A stretch of DNA of 64,000 bases, taken from Octopus sinensis (taxonomy: Eukaryota). The stretch's first letter is position 1. Each line of letters opens with the position of its first letter. Below the pieces are notes generated by a model. The model ran no database searches, was not told the origin of the DNA, and saw only the letters and a program-made list of their open reading frames with translations. The position numbers were made by a program, and so were the translations under genes. The stretch is taken from NCBI RefSeq assembly GCF_006345805.1, contig NC_043025.1, positions 1,984,001 to 2,048,000 on the forward strand, read 5' to 3'. This document shows, piece by piece, positions 1 to 14,900 of the stretch.

Positions 1-284
1 CGAAAGGCTGGTTGACCAGCGGTCACGTGAGAGGAGAAGAGAGAGAAAAAAAGGGGGCAAAGGAATCAAAGAGAGAGAGAGAGAGAGAGAGAGAAAAGGG
101 ACGAAGGCACCAAAGCGGGGAGAAGAGAGAGAAAGAAGGAATTAAAGAGGGGAGAAGAAAGAGAGCGTGCCAAGGATTGGCTTGGCGATAGAATAAGTGA
201 GGTGCAAAGTGAGAAAGACAGAGAAATGTGAGAGAGTGGGGGAAGAGAAGACCAAAGAATCAGAGGCAAGAAAAGAGAAAAGGA

Positions 285-335
<51 letters not shown>

Positions 336-405
336 AGACAGATCAAAGTAGAGTGCAAAGTGTGAAAGGCAGAGAAATGTAGGAGAGAGAGACAGTGTCA
401 TAGAG

Positions 406-464
<59 letters not shown>

Positions 465-510
465 CATGTATATATACATATATATACACACACACGTGTG
501 TGTGTGTGTG
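1..510. repeat. (GA)n-rich low-complexity tract followed by (TA)n/(CA)n/(TG)n microsatellites
   Basis: Directly visible dinucleotide runs; ORFs here are artefacts. Confidence 0.95.
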
Positions 511-732
511 TATGCATCTTAAGAGGATACTTAGCGTATCCTGGGAAACAAACTACTGAATCTTGGATGGTGAAATTCTTCTCAAATAATCAGAGCGATT
601 CTATATGAATGTATTTTTATCCAATACAGCATCTTTATTCCTTATAACAGAGATAAGCATCTCGAAATAGTCTTTCCTCTTTTAGGATTAAGACAAACAA
701 TGTTGTTATGTGTTTTGATGCTTTTGCATACA

Positions 733-868
733 GGCGCATGCGTGGCAGGGTGGTAAGAAGCTTCCTTCCAAGTCACATGGTTCCGGGTTCATCTTCTTTT
801 TCTTTAGCCTCAAGCCAACCAAAGCCTTGTGAGTGAATTTGATAAATGGAAACTGAAAGAAGCCTGTT
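733..868 (+). mobile_element. tRNA-derived SINE, family A (octopus OR/OK-like), internally deleted
   Basis: ggcgcatgcgtggc..tggtaagaagc (A-box-like), ggttccgggttca (B-box-like), then tagcctc..accaaagccttgtgagtg..ggaaactgaaagaagcc shared with more than 10 copies in the window. Confidence 0.8.
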
Positions 869-1263
869 ATACATCCATCCTTCCATCTATCATCCACACA
901 CAAACACACACACATTATGTAAAGTGAAGATCGAAGGATAAAGGTGTAGGAAGTTAGTAAACTTCAAACAGTCCATAGTAGAAGGTATAAAAAATAAAAC
1001 AACTTTCAGGAGCAATTGCGGTTTATTCATGTAGAAGGTTGTAAATTTTTGTCATATCGAAGTTTGATAAGCTGAAAAAGTTGTTTTATAGTCCACGGTT
1101 AACCGCTGGGGTTTCTATGTATGTGACTAAAAATCCAGATTTAAGGAATGGAGGAAATACAATCCAGTCTACAAATGTTTCATAGCTGGCAGAACGTCGG
1201 AAGAAGTAACTAGCCGCTAGCTACACACCGGGCCAAAGATGCCTTAGTCAAACGAAAGGCACA

Positions 1264-4200
1264 TTGTTGTCAATGGATTCTATATCAAACGTGGGAAAAT
1301 ACGTGGGAGCAACACATGTAAACATGAGTGGAACATTACGATCCATCAACACCAGATCATCCCCGAACCCAAACACCATGTACAAAAGAACTACGAAGAA
1401 ATTAAATAACACCGTTATTATTCAACCCAAGAATAACAATCGGGAAGTACGTACTTTAAACTTACAACATAAAATGTACGAAAGACGACACGTGCAAAAC
1501 AATGTGACGACAGAAATGAACGGACCGGTACCCTACGAAAATGACGACCGTCAAAATAATGGGCCGGACGTTGTTCCTTATGTTCCCCAAATAAAACCCA
1601 AAAGACATAAATGGACATTTGAGGAATACATTTCTATCCTACACGCTCCGTTTACAGCAGTGCTCTACCCAGAGAATGAAAACACAACAACACATACATA
1701 TAAAATATGGAAGAAAAATAACATAAATATAGACTTGGATACAGCAATGAACCCTAATAAACTAGCCAACGTACGAAGATATATTCTCAACGCAAAAAAA
1801 ATATCAGAAATAGAAATAGAACATTTAAAAGAAAAAATACATCAGTAAAATGTAGATAGAAGCCACACAACAATGCCCAATAATATAAACACTGAAACAG
1901 TAAAACACGAAGACAAACGTAACATTTCCAACAAAAACGATGTAAACAAAAAAACAACAAACCCAGACCGTAAGGATGCATAATAATACCCGACAAACAG
2001 CAAGCCAAAACACAACAGACAAACATACGAACGTGAAAAAAAGCGACACAAATCTAAAACCTGGAAACAACGAAGGGGAGCCTAATGATTATGATAATAT
2101 AAAAAGTAGAATAATCAAAGAACTGAAAAACACGGATTTCAAGATGGACCACCGACCATACATGCCAAGAATCAAAATAGACGAAACAACAACACCAATT
2201 ATAAACAGCATAAACCTAGCCGTCACAGAACTAATAGCCACTGAAACAAATAGCGATATCACTGAGCTAAATGACTTAGTATACGCAGCAGACACTACAG
2301 CCACAAAAGAAGCTGGATACTCACTAAAACCCATCCAAACAGGAGTACCACCACCCAAACAAACCCTGTGGATAAATAACATCCAAAACAAAATACAAAA
2401 AATGAGAAAAGATCTGTCGATTCTTAATGAAATCAGTAGACAATCAACGCTACTGAGCAACAAAAAGAAAACAAAAATACTCCATAAATACAACATCACC
2501 GAAAAATATTTACCTGAGATAGAAGAAAAACTAAAGCAAGATATCTTTGCCAAAGCACAAAGGATCCGCCGGTACGAGAAACGCCAACGCTTCTTTGAAC
2601 AAAACAAACAGTTCAATTCCGACTCCAAAAAGTTCTACCAAGAACTTGGCAAAAATAAAATAGAAATCACTGCAGCACCAACGGCAGAAGAAGTGGAAGA
2701 ATTCTGGAGAGAAATATGGTCGGCGAACGAACAACCAAAAAAAAAAAAGAGTATTAAAACAACAAACTCAGCATCTGAGCAACTTTGGACCCCCATAACA
2801 ACTGAAGAGGTCACCCAGGCACTGCAAAGACTAAGCAACTGGAAGGCACCTGGGCATGACAAGATCCCCAACTTCTGGTTGAAATATCTAACAGGAATGC
2901 ACAAAAAGCTGGCTGAAAACTTTAACAACATACTAGCAGAACCAGAGACAATGCCTGAATGGCTCACGAAGGGGAAAACCATCTTAATTCCCAAATCAAA
3001 TGAGATAGCAAAACCAGAAAACTACAGACCAATAACCCTGTCTCCCTACAATGTACAAGGCATTTACTGCAGTGATATCGCAAAGGCTGAACAAGCACCT
3101 GGACGAAAACAAACTGTTCCCAGAAGAGCAGAAAGAATGCCGCAAGGGCTCATATGGCTGTAAAGATCAACTAATGATTAATAAAGCCGTAACTGAAGAC
3201 AGCCACAGAAAGAAGAAAGGCCTCAGTATGGCCTGGATTGACTACAAAAAGGCGTTTGATAGCATCCCCCACACATGGATCCTCGAAACACTAGCCATTA
3301 ACAAAGTAGCACCAACAATCATAAAATTCATAGAGACTCTATGAATAAATGGCAAACAGTCCTACACCTCCAAACAAAAGAGGGACTCATGAAGACCAAA
3401 GCCATCCCCATTAGAAGAGGAATATTCCAGGGAGACACGCTCTCTCCACTCCTTTTCTGCTTGGCACTGTCACCTCTATCTGATATGCTAAGTAGAACTG
3501 GATGCGGATACAAATGTTACGGCAAAACGATCAGCCACCTTTTATATATGGATGACCTAAAACTATACGCTGCAAATGACAAACAGCTGGAAACACTATT
3601 AAAGACAGTTCATGGATTTACCAAAGAAATAGATATGAAATTTGGATTAGAAAAATACGCCAAAGTAACCCTGAAGAGAGGAAAACTAGTTAAGTGTAGC
3701 AACATCACACTAGATAAAACCAATGAAATAAAAGAATTAGACCAAAGCCAAACTTACAAATACTTAGGAATCCATGAACTAGATAAGACACAACACACAC
3801 AAATGAAAGAGAAAATAAAAAAAGAATATTATAGACGAGTTAGATCAATACTAAAAACAGAGCTCAATGCTAAAAACAAGATAATAGGTATCAACACTTT
3901 AGCTGTCCCAGTTATAAGTTACAGCTACAATATCCTTAACTGGACACTGAATGAACTGACCAAAATAGATAGGAAAACAAGAAAAATAATGATAGGATCT
4001 AGGATGCATCACCTAAAATCTGACATAGAAAGACTATATATACAACGTATAGAAGGTGGTAGAGGCCTTATACAGCTGGAAAACTACTATAAAATAACCA
4101 CCATAGGACTGCAAAAATATCTACTTCAGAAGGAAGGAAAACTGATACAAATAGCGGTAAAACACGAGCAAAACAAAAAACTGTTCTCAGTATTTAAGGA

Positions 4201-5243
4201 AGCTGACAAATACAAACAAGAAATCATACCACCTAACAAATATGAAGAAGAAGAAGACGAAGAAGAAGAAGAAGAAGAAGAAGAAGAAGAAGAAGAAGAA
4301 GAAGAAGAAGAAGAAGAAGAAGAAGAAGAAGAAGAAGAAGAAGAAGAAGAAACAATAAAAGCCATTAAACAAATGAAATCCAAACTAAAAATAGAACAGC
4401 AAAGAACCATTATAAAACGATGGCAAGAAAAGCCTCTTCATTACAAAAGAAATAGACAAAGAAAAATCCCAGCAATGCTTGAGAAGCTCAGGACTCAAAG
4501 CAGAGACAGAAGGATTTTTAATTGCAGCACAAGACCAAAGCCTCCCCAACAGAAATTACCAAAAACATGTAATGAAAAGAAATATAACAAGTAACTGCAG
4601 AATATGTGGAGATGGACAAGAAACAATAAATCATATCTCTGGATGCACAGTCCTGGCTAAGAAGGAATATATTCACAGACATGACAGAGTTGGAACCTAC
4701 ATACATTGGAAGCTATGCCAACATTATGGAATAACAACAGAAAAAAGATGGTATAGGCACACACCAGAAAAGGTCACAGAAAACGAGAAAGCAACCATAC
4801 TCTGGGATATGCCGATACACACAGATAGAGAAATTAGGGCCAACAGACAAGATATAGTTGTCAGAGATCATGAAGAAAAAAATGCTTTCTAATTGATGTA
4901 TCAATACCGGCAGATGACAACGTGTCTCTAAAAGAAATGGAGAAACTCTCAAAATACAAAGACCTGGAAATAGAGGTAACTAGAATGTGGAATCTAAAAA
5001 CAGTAGTAGGCGCATTAGGCATGATAAAAAAATATTCAGACAAATACATAACAAAAACACCAGGACTTACAAACACATATAACATACAGAAAATTGCACT
5101 ACTAGGCACTGCACACATCCAACGCAGAACACTTTCCATACAATAACCATCAGAGCATCACAACAAATCACAGCACATACCCAAGGCACACAGCGCTGCG
5201 CCCGGTAGTGAAGTGAAAGCACGCTATAAAAATAAAACTACTG
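1264..5243 (+). mobile_element. R4/Dong-clade non-LTR retrotransposon (RT plus restriction-like endonuclease), family 1 copy 1, frameshifted; 5' boundary uncertain
   Basis: ORF pieces give Myb-like KWTFEEYISIL, then RT motifs NWKAPGHD, EQKECRKGSYG, AWIDYKKAFDS, GIFQGDTLSP and YMDDLKLY, CCHC knuckle CRICGDGQETINHISGC and RLE-like ANRQDIVV..KLSKYKDL. The 3' end aaaataaaactactg is followed by (AAT)n. Confidence 0.9.
4244..4351 (+). repeat. (GAA)n expansion in frame in the LINE ORF (poly-Glu, about 36 codons)
   Basis: Seen directly; the equivalent site in copy 2 (~40645-40680) is a short gaagaagaagatgatgatgaagaa. Confidence 0.95.
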
Positions 5244-5324
5244 AATAATAATAATAATAGCAATAAAAACATGGTTTTGGTCTCTGAGAACAACCCCAAC
5301 AGAAGTGAATTTATGTCTAATAAT

Positions 5325-5702
5325 TCTAAGATCAAGAATTCTATATACCAGAGTAAAATTTCTTGCGGTACCGATGTCTACTTCTACATTGGCGCATCTT
5401 CTTCCCAGTTATTTTAGATAATTTCAAACTATTATTCATCATTTAGGGATAGCAGAAAACGCCATAGCACAGGGCTAAGTAAATTGGTCTGGCATCTTAA
5501 AGACAACAATAAAGATTTTAAGTTAGATTGGCTCATCCTGTCCATATCTTTCCCTTACGATAAGGGCAAGGGATTTTGTAACATTTGCTACTCTGAACTC
5601 TTCCATATTCTCTTCTCTAAGAATCACCTTGTTAACACACTTCTAGAGCGATCTTACAAATGTAAACACTGGCAGAAACATACCTTTAACTCATATAAGT
5701 GA
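5325..5702 (+). mobile_element. Penelope-like element GIY-YIG endonuclease fragment (5'-truncated, with an in-frame stop)
   Basis: Manual translation NSIYQSKISCGTDVYFYIGASS..HSTGLSKLVWHLKDNNKDFKLDW..CNICYSELFHIL parallels the endonuclease at 25937-26400 (LVYTCEV..SYIGMTS..TTLAAHIWYLKRNSIPFKIKW..CDLCISESLEIL). Confidence 0.8.
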
Positions 5703-5973
5703 TTTTGCCAGTCTTTATAGTTTGAACAGTTAGTTTAACTTGCACTTTACTTCAAGAGACACATCTACTTCTAAGCCTTTCATCATTTTTCAACCAATAT
5801 ATTCCTCTTTATTTGTTCTCTACTTATTATTTCTTTAACCCTTCTCTTCCTAGTACCAGCCTTTGACATCGAATCTACTTACGTTTTCTTTAAAAAAACT
5901 TTATAACGTTCTGTTTATCATTTAGGCAGTCATCATAATTGATATGGACAGGATGAGCCAATCTAACTTAAAA

Positions 5974-8900
5974 TCTTTAGCACAGAAGATTTCATTGGTC
6001 TGTCATATGAAAGACCAAGAACTGCAAGGGCCTCCGTGGGCATAGATGACATAGAACTACCCCACGTCTTTACCACAGAAGATTTCATTGGTCTGTTATA
6101 TCAAAAGACCAAGAACTTCAAGGGCCTCCGTGGACATAGATGACACAGAACTACCCCACGTCTTTACCACAGAAGATTTCATTGGTTTGTTATATGAAAA
6201 GACCAAGAACTTGGGGGCCTCCGTGGACATAGATGACACAGAACTACCCTACGTCTTTACCACAGAAGATTTCATTGGTTTGTTATATGAAAAGACCAAG
6301 AACTTCAAGGGCCTCCGTGGACATAGATGACACAGAACTACCCCACGTCTTTACCACAGAAGATTTCATTGGTTTGTTATATCAAAAGACCAAGAACTTC
6401 AAGGGCCTCCATGGACATAGATGACACAGAACTACCCCACGTCTTTACCACAGAAGATTTGATTGGTCTGTTATATGAAAAGACCAAGAACTTCAAGGGC
6501 CTCCGTGGACATAGATGACACAGAACTACCCCACGTCTTTACCACAGAAGATTTCATTGGTCTGTTATATCAAAAGACCAAGAACTTCAAGGGCCTCCGT
6601 GGACATAGATGACACAGAACTACCCCACGTCTTTACCACAGAAGATTTCATTGGTTTGTTATATGAAAAGACCAAGAACTTGGGGGCCTCCGTGGACATA
6701 GATGACACAGAACTACCCCACGTCTTTACCACAGAAGATTTCATTGGTTGTTATATGAAAAGACCAAGAACTTCAAGGGCCTCCGTGGACATAGATGACA
6801 CAGAACTACCCCACGTCTTTACCACAGAAGATTTCATTGGTTTGTTATATCAAAAGACCAAGAACTTCAAGGGCCTCCATGGACATAGATGACACAGAAC
6901 TACCCCACGTCTTTACCACAGAAGATTTGATTGGTCTGTTATATGAAAAGACCAAGAACTTCAAGGGCCTCCGTGGACATAGATGACACAGAACTACCCC
7001 ACGTCTTTACCACAGAAGATTTCATTGGTCTGTTATATCAAAAGACCAAGAACTTCAAGGGCCTCCGTGGACATAGATGACACAGAACTACCCCAAGTCT
7101 TTACCACAGAAGATTTCATTGGTCTGTTATATGAAAAGACCAAGAAGTTGAGAGCCTCCGTGGACATAGATGACACAGAACTACCCCACGTCTTTACCAC
7201 AGAAGATTTCATTGGTCTGTTATATCAAAAGACCAAGAACCTCAAGGGCCTCCGTGGACATAGATGACACAGAACTACCCCACGTCTTTACCACAGAAGA
7301 TTTCATTGGTCTGTTATATCAAAAGACCAAGAACTTCAAGGGCCTCCGTGGACATAGATGACACAGAACTACCCCACGTCTTTACCACAGAAGATTTCAT
7401 TGGTTTGTTATATCAAAAGACCAAGAACTTCAAGGGCCTCCGTGGACATAGATGACAAAGAACTACCCCACGTCTTTACCACAGAAGATTTCATTGGTTT
7501 GTTATAAGAAAAGACCAAGAACTTCAAGGGCCTCCGTGGACATAGATGACACAGAACTACCCCACGTCTTTACCACAGAAGATTTCATTGGTTTGTTATA
7601 TCAAAAGACCAAGAACTTCAAGGGCCTCCGTGGACATAGATGACACAGAACTACCCCACGTCTTTACCACAGAAGATTTCATTGGTTTGTTATATCAAAA
7701 GACCAAGAACTTCAAGGGCCTCCGTGGACATAGATGACACAGAACTACCCCACGTCTTTACCACAGAAGATTTAATTGGTCTGTCATATGAAAAGACCAA
7801 GAAGTTGAGAGCCTCCGTGGACATAGATGACACAGAACTACCCCACGTCTTTACCACAGAAGATTTCATTGGTCTGTCATATGAAAAGACCAAGAACTTG
7901 AGGGCCTCCGTGGACATAGATGACACAGAACTACCCCACGTCTTTACCACAGAAGATTTAATTGGTCTGTCATATGAAAAGACCAAGAACTTCAAGGGCC
8001 TCCGTGGACATAGATGACACAGAACTACCCCACGTCTTTACCACAGAAGATTTGATTGGTCTGTTATATGAAAAGACCAAGAACTTCAAGGGCCTCCGTG
8101 GACATAGATAACACAGAACTACCCCACGTCTTTACCACAGAAGATTTCATTGGTCTGTTATATGAAAAGACCAAGAACTTCAAGGGCCTCCGTGGACATA
8201 GATGACACAGAACTACCCCACGTCTTTACCACAGAAGATTTCATTGGTCTGTTATATCAAAAGACCAAGAACTTCAAGGGCCTCCGTGGACATAGATGAC
8301 ACAGAACTACCCCACGTCTTTACCACAGAAGATTTCATTGGTTTGTTATATCAAAAGACCAAGAACTTCAAGGGCCTCCGTGGACATAGATGACACAGAA
8401 CTACCCCACGTCTTTACCACAGAAGATTTCATTGGTTTGTTATATCAAAAGACGAAGAACTTCAAGGGCCTCCGTGGACATAGATGACACAGAACTACCC
8501 CACGTCTTTACCACAGAAGATTTCATTGGTTTGTCATATGAAAAGACCAAGAACTTCAAGGGCCTCCGTGGACATAGATGACACAGAACTACCCCACGTC
8601 TTTACCACAGAAGATTTCATTGGTTTGTTATATCAAAAGACCAAGAACTTCAAGGGCCTCCGTGGACATAGATGACACAGAACTACCCCATGTCTTTACC
8701 ACAGAAGATTTCATTGGTTTGTTATATCAAAAGACCAAGAACTTCAAGGGCCTCCGTGGACATAGATGACACAGAACTACCCCACGTCTTTACCACAGAA
8801 GATTTAATTGGTCTGTCATATGAAAAGACCAAGAAGTTGAGAGCCTCCGTGGACATAGATGACACAGAACTACCCCACGTCTTTACCACAGAAGATTTCA

Positions 8901-11900
8901 TTGGTCTGTTATATCAAAAGACCAAGAACTTGAGGGCCTCCGTGGACATAGATGACACAGAACTACCCCACGTCTTTACCACAGAAGATTTAATTGGTCT
9001 GTCATATGAAAAGACCAAGAACTTCAAGGGCCTCCGTGGACATAGATGACACAGAACTACCCCACGTCTTTACCACAGAAGATTTGATTGGTCTGTTATA
9101 TGAAAAGACCAAGAACTGCAAGGGCCTCCGTGGACATAGATGACACAGAACTACCCCACGTTTTTACCACAGAAGATTTCATTGGTCTGTTATATCAGAA
9201 GACCAAGAACTTCAAGGGCCTCCGTGGACATAGATGACACAGAACTACCCCACGTCTTTACCACAGAAGATTTCATTGGTTGTTATATCAAAAGACCAAG
9301 AACTTCAAGGGCCTCCGTGGACATAGATGACACAGAACTACCCCACGTCTTTACCACAGAAGATTTCATTGGTTTGTTATATCAAAAGACCAAGAACTTC
9401 AAGGGCCTCCGTGGACATAGATGACACAGAACTACCCCACGTCTTTACCACAGAAGATTTCATTGGTTTGTTATATCAAAAGACCAAGAACTTCAAGGGC
9501 CTCCGTGGACATAGATGACACAGAACTACCCCACGTCTTTACCACAGAAGATTTCATTGGTTTGTTATATGAAAAGACCAAGAACTTCAAGGGCCTCCGT
9601 GGACATAGATGACACAGAACTACCCCACGTCTTTACCACAGAAGATTTCATTGGTTTGTTATATCAAAAGACCAAGAACTTCAAGGGCCTCCGTGGACAT
9701 AGATGACACAGAACTACCCCACGTCTTTACCACAGAAGATTTCATTGGTTTGTTATATGAAAAGACCAAGAACTTCAAGGGCCTCCGTGGACATAGATGA
9801 CACAGAACTACCCCACGTCTTTACCACAGAAGATTTCATTGGTTGTCATATGAAAAGACCAAGAACTTGGGCCTCCGTGGACATAGATGACACAGAACTA
9901 CCCCACGTCTTTACCACAGAAGATTTCATTGGTTTGTATATGAAAAGACCAAGAACTTGAGGGCCTCCGTGGACATAGATGACACAGAACTACCCCACGT
10001 CTTTACCACAGAAGATTTCATTGGTCTGTCATATGAAAAGACCAAGAACTTGAGGGCCTCCGTGGACATAGATGACACAGAACTACCCCACGTCTTTACC
10101 ACAGAAGATTTCATTGGTTTGTATATGAAAAGACCAAGAACTTCAAGGGCCTCCGTGGACATAGATGACACAGAACTACCCCACGTCTTTACCACAGAAG
10201 ATTTCATTGGTTTGTTATATGAAAAGACCAAGAACTTCAAGGGCCTCCGTGGACATAGATGACACAGAACTACCCCACGTCTTTACCACAGAAGATTTCA
10301 TTGGTTTGTTATATGAAAAGACCAAGAACTTCAAGGGCCTCCGTGGACATAGATGACACAGAACTACCCCACGTCTTTACCACAGAAGATTTCATTGGTT
10401 TGTATATGAAAAGACCAAGAACTTCAAGGGCCTCCGTGGACATAGATGACACAGAACTACCCCACGTCTTTACCACAGAAGATTTCATTGGTTTGTTATA
10501 TCAAAAGACCAAGAACTTCAAGGGCCTCCGTGGACATAGATGACACAGAACTACCCCACGTCTTTACCACAGAAGATTTCATTGGTTTGTTATATCAAAA
10601 GACCAAGAACTTCAAGGGCCTCCGTGGACATAGATGACACAGAACTACCCCACGTCTTTACCACAGAAGATTTCATTGGTTTGTTATATGAAAAGACCAA
10701 GAACTTCAAGGGCCTCCGTGGACATAGATGACACAGAACTACCCCACGTCTTTACCACAGAAGATTTCATTGGTTTGTCATATGAAAAGACCAAGAACTT
10801 CAAGGGCCTCCGTGGACATAGATGACACAGAACTACCCCACGTCTTTACCACAGAAGATTTCATTGGTTTGTTATATGAAAAGACCAAGAACTTCAAGGG
10901 CCTCCGTGGACATAGATGACACAGAACTACCCCACGTCTTTACCACAGAAGATTTCATTGGTTTGTTATATGAAAAGACCAAGAACTTCAAGGGCCTCCG
11001 TGGACATAGATGACACAGAACTACCCCACGTCTTTACCACAGAAGATTTCATTGGTTTGTTATATCAAAAGACCAAGAACTTCAAGGGCCTCCGTGGACA
11101 TAGATGACACAGAACTACCCCACGTCTTTACCACAGAAGATTTAATTGGTCTGTCATATGAAATGACCAAGAAGTTGAGGGCCTCCGTGGACATAGATGA
11201 CACAGAACTACCCCACGTCTTTACCACAGAAGATTTCATTGGTTTGTTATATGAAAAGACGAAGAACTTCAAGGGCCTCCGTGGACATAGATGACACAGA
11301 ACTACCCCACGTCTTTACCACAGAAGATTTCATTGGTTTGTCATATGAAAGACCAAGAACTTCAAGGGCCTCCGTGGACATAGATGACACAGAACTACCC
11401 CACGTCTTTACCACAGAAGATTTCATTGGTTTGTTATATCAAAAGACCAAGAACTTCAAGGGCCTCCGTGGACATAGATGACACAGAACTACCCCACGTC
11501 TTTACCACAGAAGATTTCATTGGTCTGTCATATGAAAAGACCAAGAACTTGAGGGCCTCCGTGGACATAGATGACACAGAACTACCCCACGTCTTTACCA
11601 CAGAAGATTTCATTGGTCTGTATATGAAAAGACCAAGAACTTGAGGGCCTCCGTGGACATAGATGACACAGAACTACCCCACGTCTTTACCACAGAAGAT
11701 TTCATTGGTTGTCATATGAAAAGACCAAGAACTTCAAGGGCCTCCGTGGACATAGATGACACAGAACTACCCCACGTCTTTACCACAGAAGATTTCATTG
11801 GTCTGTTATATGAAAAGACCAAGAACTGCAAGGGCCTCCGTGGACATAGATGACACAGAACTACCCCACGTCTTTACCACAGAAGATTTCATTGGTCTGT

Positions 11901-14900
11901 TATATCAAAAGACCAAGAACTTCAAGGGCCTCCGTGGACATAGATGACACAGAACTACCCCACGTCTTTACCACAGAAGATTTCATTGGTTTGTTATATG
12001 AAAAGACCAAGAACTTCAAGGGCCTCCGTGGACATAGATGACACAGAACTACCCCACGTCTTTACCACAGAAGATTTCATTGGTTTGTTATATGAAAAGA
12101 CCAAGAACTTCAAGGGCCTCCGTGGACATAGATGACACAGAACTACCCCACGTCTTTACCACAGAAGATTTCATTGGTTTGTTATATGAAAAGACCAAGA
12201 ACTTCAAGGGCCTCCGTGGACATAGATGACACAGAACTACCCCACGTCTTTACCACAGAAGATTTCATTGGTTTGTTATATCAAAAGACCAAGAACTTCA
12301 AGGGCCTCCGTGGACATAGATGACACAGAACTACCCCACGTCTTTACCACAGAAGATTTCATTGGTTTGTTATATGAAAAGACCAAGAACTTCAAGGGCC
12401 TCCGTGGACATAGATGACACAGAACTACCCCACGTCTTTACCACAGAAGATTTCATTGGTTTGTCATATGAAAAGACCAAGAACTTCAAGGGCCTCCGTG
12501 GACATAGATGACACAGAACTACCCCACGTCTTTACCACAGAAGATTTCATTGGTTTGTTATATCAAAAGACCAAGAACTTCAAGGGCCTCCGTGGACATA
12601 GATGACACAGAACTACCCCACGTCTTTACCACAGAAGATTTCATTGGTTTGTTATATCAAAAGACCAAGAACTTCAAGGGCCTCCGTGGACATAGATGAC
12701 ACAGAACTACCCCACGTCTTTACCACAGAAGAAATTGGTCTGTCATATGAAAAGACCAAGAAGTTGAGGCCTCCGTGGACATAGATGACACAGAACTACC
12801 CCACGTCTTTACCACAGAAGATTTCATTGGTCTGTCATATGAAAAGACCAAGAACTTGAGGGCCTCCGTGGACATAGATGACACAGAACTACCCCACGTC
12901 TTTACCACAGAAGATTTCATTGGTCTGTCATATGAAAAGACCAAGAACTTGAGGGCCTCCGTGGACATAGATGACACAGAACTACCCCACGTCTTTACCA
13001 CAGAAGATTTCATTGGTTTGTCATATGAAAAGACCAAGAACTTCAAGGGCCTCCGTGGACATAGATGACACAGAACTACCCCACGTCTTTACCACAGAAG
13101 ATTTCATTGGTTTGTTATATGAAAAGACCAAGAACTTCAAGGGCCTCCGTGGACATAGATGACACAGAACTACCCCACGTCTTTACCACAGAAGATTTCA
13201 TTGGTTTGTTATATCAAAAGACCAAGAACTTCAAGGGCCTCCGTGGACATAGATGACATAGAACTACCCCACGTCTTTACCACAGAAGATTTCATTGGTT
13301 TGTTATATGAAAAGACCAAGAACTTCAAGGGCCTCCGTGGACATAGATGACACAGAACTACCCCACGTCTTTACCACAGAAGATTTCATTGGTTTGTTAT
13401 ATCAAAAGACCAAGAAGTTCAAGGGCCTCCGTGGACATAGATGACACAAACTACCCCACGTCTTTACCACAGAAGATTTCATTGGTTGTTATATCAAAAG
13501 ACCAAGAACTTCAAGGGCCTCCGTGGACATAGATGACACAGAACTACCCCACGTCTTTACCACAGAAGATTTCATTGGTTTGTTATATGAAAAGACCAAG
13601 AACTTCAAGGGCCTCCGTGGACATAGATGACACAGAACTACCCCACGTCTTTACCACAGAAGATTTCATTGGTTTGTCATATGAAAAGACCAAGAACTTC
13701 AAGGGCCTCCGTGGACATAGATGACACAGAACTACCCCACGTCTTTACCACAGAAGATTTCATTGGTTTGTTATATCAAAAGACCAAGAACTTCAAGGGC
13801 TTCCGTGGACATAGATGACACAGAATTACCCCACGTCTTTACCACAGAAGATTTCATTGGTTTGTCATATGAAAAGACCAAGAACTTCAAGGGCCTCCGT
13901 GGACATAGATGACATAAAACTACCCCACGTCTTTACCACAGAAGATTTCATTGGTTTGTTATATCAAAAGACCAAGAACTTCAAGGGCCTCCGTGGACAT
14001 AGATGACACAGAACTACCCCACGTCTTTACCACAGAAGATTTCATTGGTTTGTTATATGAAAAGACCAAGAACTTCAAGGGCCTCCGTGGACATAGATGA
14101 CACAGAACTACCCCACGTCTTTACCACAGAAGATTTCATTGGTTGTCATATGAAAAGACCAAGAACTTGAGGGCCTCCGTGGACATAGATGACACAGAAC
14201 TACCCCACGTCTTTACCACAGAAGATTTCATTGGTTTGTATATGAAAAGACCAAGAACTTCAAGGGCCTCCGTGGACATAGATGACACAGAACTACCCCA
14301 CGTCTTTACCACAGAAGATTTCATTGGTTTGTTATATGAAAAGACCAAGAACTTCAAGGGCCTCCGTGGACATAGATGACACAGAACTACCCCACGTCTT
14401 TACCACAGAAGATTTCATTGGTTTGTCATATGAAAAGACCAAGAACTTCAAGGGCCTCCGTGGACATAGATGACACAGAACTACCCACGTCTTTACCACA
14501 GAAGATTTCATTGGTTTGTTATATGAAAAGACCAAGAACTTCAAGGGCCTCCGTGGACATAGATGACACAGAACTACCCCACGTCTTTACCACAGAAGAT
14601 TTCATTGGTTTGTTATATGAAAAGACCAAGAACTTCAAGGGCTTCCGTGGACATAGATGACACAGAACTACCCCACGTCTTTACCACAGAATATTTCATT
14701 GGTTTGTCATATGAAAAGACCAAGAACTTCAAGGGCCTCCGTTGACATAGATGACACAGAACTACCCCACGTCTTTACCACAGAAGATTTCATTGGTTTG
14801 TCATATGAAAAGACCAAGAACTTCAAGGGCTTCCGTGGACATAGATGACACAGAACTACCCCACGTCTGTACCACAGAAGATTTCATTGGTTTGTCATAT

